From positions 5,370 to 12,515 of the forward strand of contig JALVPN010000128.1 of NCBI GenBank assembly GCA_027031765.1: 7,146 bases of DNA, in the 5' to 3' direction. The notes beneath the pieces were generated by a model, which saw only the letters and a list, made by a program, of their open reading frames with translations, was not told the origin of the DNA and did not search any database. Both the position numbers and the translations under genes were made by a program. This stretch comes from Promethearchaeota archaeon (GTDB taxonomy: Archaea; Asgardarchaeota; Thorarchaeia; Thorarchaeales; Thorarchaeaceae). This document shows, piece after piece, positions 1 through 6,351 of the stretch (the first letter of the stretch is position 1; each line of letters begins with the position of its first letter).

Positions 1-314
1 CGTTGGCTTACCTGGGTATCTGGAGCGTCGCCCAGCGGTTCGGCAGCTGAGGCCGCACCCCCTGGTGCTGCGGCAACGCCCGTCGCCCTGAGACTGTCAA
101 CCTTGGACTCGATGGAGTCAATGCGTGACCCATAGCTCTCCAGTTTCGCCTGTATAGCGTCGACCTGTGCACGCAGGTCATCTACTGCTGCGACGAGCTT
201 GCTGGTTATGACCGTAACTATCTCGCCCATCTTGCGCAGTCGTTCCGCTGTCGGGTCCTGCAGGGCCCACTCGAACTCTTCCATGATAAATGCGGAGTCG
301 TCGTTGCTAGGCAA
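1..314 (-). CDS. Hypothetical coiled-coil protein, N-terminal part (runs off the left edge; not in the ORF track)
   Basis: Manual translation from TTG at 314: MPSNDDSAFIMEEFEWALQDPTAERLRKMGEIVTVITSKLVAAVDDLRAQVDAIQAKLESYGSRIDSIESKVDSLRATGVAAAPGGAASAAEPLGDAPDTQVSQ..., with no stop before base 1. A GAGG SD-like element and a TTTATA box lie upstream. There is an alternative in-frame ATG at 284. The protein has a regular 3-4 heptad repeat followed by an Ala/Gly/Pro-rich linker. Confidence 0.8.
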   Translation of the reverse strand, partial: MPSNDDSAFIMEEFEWALQDPTAERLRKMGEIVTVITSKLVAAVDDLRAQVDAIQAKLESYGSRIDSIESKVDSLRATGVAAAPGGAASAAEPLGDAPDTQVSQ

Positions 315-352
315 TTCCAGCGCCTCTCAAGACTCACTGCTTAAGGTTTGGC

Positions 353-365
353 TATAAACATTCTC
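353..365 (-). promoter_or_regulatory. Archaeal TATA box (TTTATA, 358-353) with purine-rich BRE-like sequence (GAGAA) just upstream, for the coiled-coil gene
   Basis: The minus strand reads ggagaatgTTTATAgcc, about 39 nt before the TTG at 314, which fits a short leader containing the GAGG. Confidence 0.55.
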
Positions 366-435
366 CGGATATGATATACCTGGGCAATACAGCACCGGGC
401 GCGGCGTCCACGGCCGCTGCATCAGGGTGCACCTG

Positions 436-1803
436 CTACACCCCGTCCACTACCGACTGGACGACCGAGCGCGTCCGTTCCACGACGTTGTCCACCGCCT
501 CCCGCACGGAGGCCTCACAAGTTATCCTGATCACGGGCTCAGTCCCTGACGGCCTGACGAGCACCCACCCGTTCTCAAGGGTGAGGCCAATCCCGTCCAC
601 GGTGATGACGTCTCTGGCCGACAGTTGCCCTGGTAGTATGTCAACTAGGCGCTCCATGACGGCCTCTTTCTTCTCGTTTGGACATGAGACCTTCATCTTC
701 CTGAGTGGGTACTGTGGTATCCCTGCAATCAGTTCCCCGAACGTCTTTCCGGTGCGTGCCATCAGTTCCACGACGCGGCACACTGCGAGGAACGGCTCCG
801 GGGCGAGGTGGAACTCTGGCAGGATGAAGACCCCACAGGCCTCGCCGCCCATGAGGGCACCGGTCTCCCTGACCTTGACCGCGACCTGGATGTCGCCTAC
901 TGGTGTGCGTATCACGGTCCCGCCAGCCGCCTCCACCGTTTCGTCGAGGACAAGAGAACTGTCAACAGTGGTGACAATGGTGCCACTGCCCGACTCACGG
1001 AGGGCCTCCCGGGCAAGGAGGGCGATAGTCCTGTCACCCCGGACGACCTCGCCGGTCTCCGTGACGAAGACCACCCGGTCCGCATCACCATCATGGGCGA
1101 CCCCGAGGGAGGCACCTGTGGTACGGACTATCTGCACGAGGTCTGTCAGGGACTCGGCATCCGGTTCCGAGCGGCGGCCCGGGAAGTGACCATCGGGCTG
1201 ACCGTTCACGGTAATCACCTTGCAGCCCAGCCTGCGCACAAGGTACGGTGTCACCACACTACCGGCACCGTTGCCCGGGTCGACCACCACCTTGAAGCCC
1301 GCACGACGGATGGCATCCACACTACACCTCTCCAGAATGGCATCAACATGTTCTTCGGCAGCAGTGGAGAGAGAGTACTCCCTGCCGAGGGAGTCCCAGT
1401 CTGCAAGCTTGAACTCACGGGAGTGGTAGACTGCTTCGAGCTCCCGCTCCATATCGGGAGTATAGCCCATGCTGTCGCCGCCCCAGAACTTGACGCCAGT
1501 GTACTCGGGCGGGTTGTGTGATGCCGTGACCATTACCCCGGTGGCGTACCCGTGGTTCATTGCGGTGAACGCCAGCGTAGGTGTTGGCACCATTCCGGCC
1601 CGCACCACTGACACACCTGTTGACATGATGCCCGCTACAAGGGCGCTCTCCACGGTCACTCCGGTGGTGCGTGTGTCCCTCGCGATGACGACCGTACCCT
1701 CCCCGAGATAGGTCCCGAGGGCCTTCCCGAGGCTGAGTGCCATCTCCACGTCGAACTCCTTGCCATAGACCTTTCTGACACCGGTGGTTCCAAAGAGCCT
1801 CAT
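436..1803 (-). CDS. glmM: Alpha-D-phosphohexomutase (archaeal phosphoglucosamine mutase / phosphomannomutase family), 455 aa
   Basis: The family N-terminus MRLFGTTGVR starts at ATG 1803, so the ORF-track extension to 2094 is rejected. Motifs: phospho-Ser loop TASHNP, metal loop DGDADR, sugar-binding loop GGEACG and phosphate loop RPSGTEP. Family assignment is secure. Substrate specificity (GlmM vs PMM/PGM vs phosphopentomutase) cannot be fixed from motifs, so the symbol is tentative. Confidence 0.9.
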   Translation of the reverse strand: MRLFGTTGVRKVYGKEFDVEMALSLGKALGTYLGEGTVVIARDTRTTGVTVESALVAGIMSTGVSVVRAGMVPTPTLAFTAMNHGYATGVMVTASHNPPEYTGVKFWGGDSMGYTPDMERELEAVYHSREFKLADWDSLGREYSLSTAAEEHVDAILERCSVDAIRRAGFKVVVDPGNGAGSVVTPYLVRRLGCKVITVNGQPDGHFPGRRSEPDAESLTDLVQIVRTTGASLGVAHDGDADRVVFVTETGEVVRGDRTIALLAREALRESGSGTIVTTVDSSLVLDETVEAAGGTVIRTPVGDIQVAVKVRETGALMGGEACGVFILPEFHLAPEPFLAVCRVVELMARTGKTFGELIAGIPQYPLRKMKVSCPNEKKEAVMERLVDILPGQLSARDVITVDGIGLTLENGWVLVRPSGTEPVIRITCEASVREAVDNVVERTRSVVQSVVDGV

Positions 1804-1915
1804 TGCAGTCACATGAGGGTCACCGGTACTGTGGGAGAAAAAGGTACTGCCTGAGAGCACGACACAGGAGGTCGGACGGCTGGGAAACGGACAGACCAGT
1901 ACAACACGGGTAGAG

Positions 1916-1922
1916 ATAAAAA
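1916..1922 (-). promoter_or_regulatory. Possible TATA element (TTTTTAT) in the divergent phosphohexomutase/hydrolase intergenic region
   Basis: The most TATA-like tract in the 195-bp divergent spacer (1804-1998). It is about 110 nt from the mutase ATG, so the assignment is weak. Confidence 0.25.
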
Positions 1923-1998
1923 CCAACTGGGGACAGGCAGGCTGGGCCCCGCAGTGCCGCGTGGCCGGCCCGGAGAAACACTGTAGTGGTCGATAGCC

Positions 1999-2793
1999 TT
2001 GCCGTTCTTTCAGTATAGGGGCGTCCGTCTGCACTACCTCGACGTAGACCGGAGAGAAGACCCGCAACGAGGTTTCCCGGTGATCCTCGTACACGGGGCT
2101 GGTGCATCGTACGTCGTGTGGGTCGAACAGATACGTGAGTTCTCAGCCACCCACCGGCTCATAGTCCCAGACCTGTCGGGGCATGGGCTGTCAGAGTCCT
2201 ACAGCGAAGACATCACAATCGATGGCGACTATGCCTGTGAGCTGGCGGCCCTTGTAGAGCACCTGGACCTCAAGGGCTTCGTCCTGGTTGGCCACTCGAT
2301 GGGTGGTGGCGTCGTCATGGCATACACCCTCAACAAGGAGTTCAGACCCCCACGCGGCCTCGTGCTGGTCGACACCTCGTCCAACCTGGACCTGTCAAGA
2401 CTTGCGGTGGGACTGGCCATAGAGACAATCGAGAACTACCTGAACCGGTTCCGCAAGGTCGTGGTCCGCGACCACTCACCGGTATATGATATCAAGGGCT
2501 CCGAGATACACCACCGCAAGATCACCCCCCGTCTCATCAAGCGCGACCTCAAGGCCTGTGACGACTTTGATGTGACCGACCGGCTGTCAGACATAGACGT
2601 CCCGACCTTCGTACTTGTGGGTGAGGACGACGACATAATACCACCGTATGTTGCACTGGGCCTAGAGAAAGCGTTGCCTAGGGCGGACATAGCAGTCGTA
2701 CGTGGCGCTGACCACTCACCAATGATAGAGCAGCCTGCGGAGTTCAACAGGCTGCTGCGCGAGTTCTTCGACTGGCTTGAGAAGGGGGCATAG
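1999..2793 (+). CDS. Alpha/beta-fold hydrolase (Abhydrolase_1/6 type; esterase/lactonase-like), 264 aa
   Basis: TTG start. Oxyanion motif LVHGAG, DLSGHG, nucleophile elbow GHSMGG (Ser codon 2296-2298), acid in VGEDDDII and catalytic His in GADHSP give a complete Ser-Asp-His triad. Confidence 0.92.
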   Translation: MPFFQYRGVRLHYLDVDRREDPQRGFPVILVHGAGASYVVWVEQIREFSATHRLIVPDLSGHGLSESYSEDITIDGDYACELAALVEHLDLKGFVLVGHSMGGGVVMAYTLNKEFRPPRGLVLVDTSSNLDLSRLAVGLAIETIENYLNRFRKVVVRDHSPVYDIKGSEIHHRKITPRLIKRDLKACDDFDVTDRLSDIDVPTFVLVGEDDDIIPPYVALGLEKALPRADIAVVRGADHSPMIEQPAEFNRLLREFFDWLEKGA

Positions 2794-2834
2794 CGTAGGC
2801 CCGGGGCTGTCTGGACGGTGGCACATTCATTTCA

Positions 2835-2848
2835 CGAAACCTTATTAG
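2835..2848 (+). promoter_or_regulatory. BRE + TATA box (CGAAAC CTTATTAG), probable promoter of the Rab-like gene
   Basis: A purine-rich CGAAA directly followed by a C/T-TTAT-type box matches the archaeal core promoter layout. It is the best match between the hydrolase stop (2793) and the Rab ATG (3002), and implies a leader of about 130 nt. Confidence 0.6.
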
Positions 2849-2989
2849 TCCGCTAGGCATTCTAGGCTCCGAACTACCTCGCTCCAAGCGCGAAGGAGAA
2901 CGAGCTGAAGGGCGTTCGCACATGACACAAATGCGACACGTACTAGAGGAGCCGGATGCGAAGCCAGCAGTTCTGCGAGATGTGCCTTC

Positions 2990-2994
2990 GGAGG
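2990..2994 (+). promoter_or_regulatory. Shine-Dalgarno GGAGG of the Rab-like gene
   Basis: GGAGG with 7 nt spacing to the ATG at 3002. Confidence 0.7.
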
Positions 2995-3001
2995 CAACCA
3001 A

Positions 3002-3553
3002 ATGAGTAGTTCCTACGACTATCTCTTCAAAATCTGCGTGCTCGGAGAAGGCGCAGTTGGGAAGACTGCAATAGTGACAAGGTTTTCCCACGGCTTCTTT
3101 CGGACAGACTACAAGACGACCATTGGGAGCCAGTTCGCAGTAAAGAACATTGATGTCTTCATGGACGACGGGAGCAAGGTAACAGTCAAGCTCCAGATAT
3201 GGGACGTGGCTGGTCAGTCGCGGTTCCAGATCCTCAGGCCGATGTACTACCGGGGCGCGAGCGGGGGAATCCTAGTGTATGATGTCAGCCGGAGGCGGAC
3301 GTTCATCGCGCTTGACGAGTGGCTTGTCGAACTGAAGAAGGCAATCAACAAGGAAATCCCACTGGTGCTCGTCGCCAACAAGACAGACCTGCCGGACAGG
3401 GTGGTCGACACATGGGAGGGCCGCGAGTACGCGCAGAAGCACGGGATGCCATACGTCGAGTCCTCAGCCAAGACTGGCGAGGGTGTTGTGGACATCTTTG
3501 AGGAGCTGGCACGGATACTGGTGCGACAGCGCCAAGGGGGTCAGCAGGCCTAA
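3002..3553 (+). CDS. Rab-like small GTPase (Ras superfamily; Asgard eukaryotic-signature type), 183 aa
   Basis: G boxes: G1 GEGAVGKT, G2 YKTTIG, G3 WDVAGQ, G4 NKTD, G5 ESSAKT. Rab motifs: N-terminal YDYLFK, F1-like IGSQF, F2 KLQIW, F3-like RFQIL, F4 YYRGA, F5 LVYDVS. There is no C-terminal Cys prenylation motif. Confidence 0.95.
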   Translation: MSSSYDYLFKICVLGEGAVGKTAIVTRFSHGFFRTDYKTTIGSQFAVKNIDVFMDDGSKVTVKLQIWDVAGQSRFQILRPMYYRGASGGILVYDVSRRRTFIALDEWLVELKKAINKEIPLVLVANKTDLPDRVVDTWEGREYAQKHGMPYVESSAKTGEGVVDIFEELARILVRQRQGGQQA

Positions 3554-3585
3554 CCGTGCGGGACTGGCGCGCACCACATAGGGAT

Positions 3586-3614
3586 GTACCGTACCGTACC
3601 GTACCGTACCGTAC
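3586..3614. repeat. Perfect pentanucleotide microsatellite (GTACC)5-GTAC, 29 bp
   Basis: Read directly: GTACC at 3586, 3591, 3596, 3601 and 3606, then GTAC at 3611-3614. Confidence 0.97.
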
Positions 3615-3647
3615 GTGTTATCTAGCACTGCAACGGGGCACCCGTTA

Positions 3648-4232
3648 ATGACCGACCCTAGCGAGTTCTACGCCGTGAACACCCTTCCACCGGTGTCCTG
3701 GGCACTTGCCCTCTACCTGAAGGCGAAGGGGCCCATCAGGAAGAAGGGCGTGATAGAGGTGGTCATGCCGGCCGGGAAGCACCGTGAGCTCCTCAAGGCA
3801 AAGGGCGAACACCAGATTGTGATATGGCTGTCCGATGACAGGAGGGTGTATGCCCGTTCCAGGTGCCTCTACGACAAGGACTGTGCATTCAACAGCGAGC
3901 GCATTGACGCATCTGACAGGGAGGCACTGATGACGGTCGACTGGAGTGAGATCAACGACCGTCGGTTCTTCAAGGGGACTGCAAAGTGGCTCCTGCGGAT
4001 GAACCTCGACTATGTGCTGTTCCTCCGGGCCCTGTACACGGTGTGTAACAGGAGGGTCGAGATCCCGATGACAACACAGTACGGCAGGACGTTCGAGGAG
4101 TTCGACGAGTACCGCAGGAACAGGTGGCCCGAGGAGGTCAGGCCAAGCAACAGGGAGCGGTACCTTGAGGAGTTCCTGGTGCGTGTGTGCTTCTGGATCC
4201 AGACAGCAGCTGTGGTCGGTGCCCTCAAGTAA
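3648..4232 (+). CDS. Hypothetical protein of unknown function, 194 aa
   Basis: Codon style matches the neighbours (AGG, GAG, AAG rich) and the composition is globular-like. ATG 3648 (MTDPSEF...) is preferred over the GTG at 3615, which abuts the microsatellite. A TTATCT element at 3618-3623 would fit a leaderless transcript. I recognise no domain. Confidence 0.8.
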   Translation: MTDPSEFYAVNTLPPVSWALALYLKAKGPIRKKGVIEVVMPAGKHRELLKAKGEHQIVIWLSDDRRVYARSRCLYDKDCAFNSERIDASDREALMTVDWSEINDRRFFKGTAKWLLRMNLDYVLFLRALYTVCNRRVEIPMTTQYGRTFEEFDEYRRNRWPEEVRPSNRERYLEEFLVRVCFWIQTAAVVGALK

Positions 4233-4340
4233 GGGGTGCGTGGTGACCCCTGGACCCAAGGCCCGCGGCTCCTGAATCCAAAGCTCTAAAGGCCGAGCAG
4301 GACTGGCGGGCAACAGCAACCGTGCAAGGGGGAAAGTGAC

Positions 4341-5471
4341 ATGAAGATAGGTCTGCTGGTGAACCCCATCGCTGGCATGGGCGGACGCGTGGGCCTCAAG
4401 GGGACTGATGGCGTGCTCGAGGAGGCAATCGCACGCGGTGCGACGCCTGTTGCGCCTGGCCGGGCCTCCGAGTTCCTTCAGGCGCTCAGGTCTGTCATCG
4501 ACACACATGCCCTGGACATCGAGGTGGTGACATGTCCAGGGAAGATGGGGGCCGATGTGGTCGGCGACGCAGGCGTCAGGTACTCGGTGGTGAGTGTTGA
4601 GGTCGGCGACATGACCAGTGCCGAGGACACGCGCAGGTGCACAGCGGCGCTACATGCTGAGGGCATCAGACTGCTAGTGTTCGTGGGCGGGGACGGTACT
4701 GCGAGGGATATCCTCGATGCTGTGAGAGAGCACGGACTGGAAGGCCTTGTCGTGCTGGGTGTGCCATCAGGTGTGAAGATGTACAGCGGTGTGTTCGTTG
4801 TGAACCCGGCGGACGCTGCCGAGGTCGTGAGGCTCGTAGCCCAGGGGGCAACAACGACCACGGAGTTCGAGGTCATGGACGCCGACGAGCGCGCGTTCAG
4901 AGAGGACAGGTTTGTCATCCAGTTGTACGGGTACCTGCAGGGCCCGTCAGTGCCGGCACGTTTCCAAGGTGCAAAACAGGCCAGTCCAGAAACGGTTGAT
5001 GAGCACGAGGCACAGGAGGCCATCGCAAGGTACGTTGCTGAGCTCATGATACCAGATGGGTACTACATCCTCGGGCCCGGGACGACCGTCAGGACTCTGG
5101 CAGAGGTACTGGGTGTGAAGAAGACGACTCTGGGAGTGGACCTCTACCACGGAGGCACAGTGCACAATGATGTCAATGAGGAGGACATCCTGAGACTCGT
5201 CGATGACTTTGAGAGGACATGGATAGTCGTGTCACCGATTGGCCACCAGGGCATGCTCTTCGGCAGGGGCAACCAGCAGATCAGTCCCCGTGTGATTGAG
5301 CGTGTTGGCAAGGACAGGATATACGTGCTCTGTACGCCATCAAAGCTGAGGGATATAGAGGGGGGGACACTGAAAGTGGACACCGGAGACCCTACCGTCG
5401 ACGAGATGCTGCGCGGGTACATCCGTGTGATTACCGACTACAATGAGTTCAGACTCGTCAGGGTCGAGTAA
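4341..5471 (+). CDS. ATP-NAD kinase family protein (COG3199-type predicted polyphosphate/ATP-dependent NAD kinase), 376 aa
   Basis: N-terminal NPIAGMGG..GLKGTDG, the GGDGT signature of the NAD kinase/DAGK/PFK superfamily, GVPSGVKMYSGVF, LGPGTT, and C-terminal GQG-like GHQGMLFGRGNQQIS and VDTGD, all typical of this family. The true substrate is not established. Confidence 0.88.
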   Translation: MKIGLLVNPIAGMGGRVGLKGTDGVLEEAIARGATPVAPGRASEFLQALRSVIDTHALDIEVVTCPGKMGADVVGDAGVRYSVVSVEVGDMTSAEDTRRCTAALHAEGIRLLVFVGGDGTARDILDAVREHGLEGLVVLGVPSGVKMYSGVFVVNPADAAEVVRLVAQGATTTTEFEVMDADERAFREDRFVIQLYGYLQGPSVPARFQGAKQASPETVDEHEAQEAIARYVAELMIPDGYYILGPGTTVRTLAEVLGVKKTTLGVDLYHGGTVHNDVNEEDILRLVDDFERTWIVVSPIGHQGMLFGRGNQQISPRVIERVGKDRIYVLCTPSKLRDIEGGTLKVDTGDPTVDEMLRGYIRVITDYNEFRLVRVE

Positions 5472-5619
5472 GCTGGAAAAGACACCCTGTCAGTCTTGGG
5501 AGCTGTCATCTAGCACATGTGGCCCGGAGGGACGGGTCACTACCCAAGTACCGGGGCCATCCGCCAGACACATAAAGGAGTACTGTCACAACACTCTCAA
5601 GAGTGCGAGGGCGCGGACA

Positions 5620-6351
5620 TTGATAGTGCTGATGTCAGACTTTGGCGAGTCGGAGTATGCAGGCATGATGAGAGGGGTGGTCTACTCGCTCAACCCTGAT
5701 GCCCGGGTTGTTGACCTCACGCATCAGGTGGCGCCCCAGTCGGTGCGTGAGGGTGCGTGGGTACTACTACAGAGTTACAAGTACTTCCCCAAGGGCTCAG
5801 TCTTTGTGTGTGTCGTAGACCCTGGCGTGGGCACTGAGAGGGACGCGGTGGTGGTGCAGACCAAGGACTACACCTTTGTAGGCCCCGACAATGGCCTGCT
5901 GTACCCTGCAGTACATGACGACGGCGTGGAGAAGGTGTTCAGTATCGATGTGGGTGAGCCCGAGTCGACGACCTTCCATGGCCGCGATGTGTTTGCTCGT
6001 GCGGGGGCCCTGATAGACATGGGGCAGCTGGAACGGGTGGTCAAGGGAGAGAAGCGGGACCTTGACGAGGCGCTCCTGTTCAGACTTGAGGGCCGGACCG
6101 GAGAGGTGGTGCGTATAGACCGTTTCGGGAACATTGTCACCAACATCCCGCCGACTGGGAGTGCGAGCTATGTGCTCCGGGTCGCGGGGCTCACGCGCAA
6201 GGTACTGTGGGCGCCCACATACGCGGAGGGACCGGACAACGACCTGTTCCTTGTCACTGGCAGCGCTGGGACACTGGAGATTGTAGTCCGGAACGGGAAC
6301 GCCTCGTTCAGGCTGGGGGTCAGGCCCGGCGAAAGAGTCGTGATAGAGTAG
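5620..6351 (+). CDS. SAM hydroxide adenosyltransferase / SAM hydrolase (DUF62, chlorinase/fluorinase superfamily), 243 aa
   Basis: Motifs SDFG, DLTH, VVDPGVGTER, GPDNG, TFHGRDVFA, IDRFGNIVTN and GSAGTLEI. The Asp (VVDPG), Arg (GTER) and His (TFHG) residues that mark the hydrolase rather than halogenase branch are present. The start is reassigned to TTG 5620 (GAGGG at 5607-5611, TATA-like CATAAAG at 5571-5577). The ORF-track start at 5443 overlaps the upstream gene and adds 59 non-homologous residues. Confidence 0.92.
   Translation: MIVLMSDFGESEYAGMMRGVVYSLNPDARVVDLTHQVAPQSVREGAWVLLQSYKYFPKGSVFVCVVDPGVGTERDAVVVQTKDYTFVGPDNGLLYPAVHDDGVEKVFSIDVGEPESTTFHGRDVFARAGALIDMGQLERVVKGEKRDLDEALLFRLEGRTGEVVRIDRFGNIVTNIPPTGSASYVLRVAGLTRKVLWAPTYAEGPDNDLFLVTGSAGTLEIVVRNGNASFRLGVRPGERVVIE

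Noticed and set aside
85-200. SNARE-motif call for the left-edge coiled coil
   Set aside because: The would-be zero layer is Tyr rather than Arg/Gln, and the coil is followed by a soluble Ala/Pro linker rather than a TM helix. The resemblance may be only generic heptads.
371-1521. Long plus-strand ORFs 371..1189 and 808..1521
   Set aside because: Antisense shadows of the phosphohexomutase gene. They are expected in GC-rich coding DNA and show no motifs (one is a Ser/Thr-rich mirror of Val/Asp/Gly codons).
1804-2094. 97-aa N-terminal extension of the phosphohexomutase in the ORF track
   Set aside because: Family homology starts at MRLFGT (ATG 1803). The extension is low-information and would overlap the divergent hydrolase gene head-to-head.
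3586-3614. CRISPR interpretation of the tandem repeat
   Set aside because: The unit is 5 bp with no spacers and there are no cas genes. It is a microsatellite.
4233-4250. GGGGT...ACCCC hairpin right after the stop of the unknown gene as a terminator
   Set aside because: The stem is only 5 bp with an 8-nt loop and no U-tract, too weak to call.
3561-4315. 16-nt near repeat GGACTGGCGSGCAMCA at 3561-3576 and 4300-4315, flanking the unknown gene
   Set aside because: It has two mismatches in 16 nt. A rough estimate says such matches are expected by chance in a 7-kb GC-rich window, and there is no transposase or other sign of insertion.
4276-4352. Scattered words recalling a SAM-I riboswitch (ATCCAAAG, GGACTGGC, CAGCAACC, GTGCAA, GAAGATA) upstream of the kinase/SAM hydrolase genes
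   Set aside because: I could not build the P1-P4 helices or the pseudoknot, spacing is too short, the last word lies in the coding sequence, and SAM-I is a bacterial element. An Infernal search with the SAM-I model would settle it.
3645-4508. 287-aa minus-strand ORF, and similar antisense ORFs at 2744..3091, 4478..5047 and 5797..6459
   Set aside because: They lie opposite better-supported plus-strand genes and have shadow-frame composition with no recognisable domain.
5443-5619. 59-aa N-terminal extension of the SAM hydrolase
   Set aside because: It overlaps the end of the kinase gene, is Ser/Thr/Cys-rich and non-homologous, and contains the TATA-like and SD elements for the TTG at 5620.
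5620-6351. Fluorinase/chlorinase (halogenase) call
   Set aside because: The TFHGRD His and the accompanying Asp and Arg indicate the hydroxide adenosyltransferase branch. Halogenases typically have Tyr in this motif.
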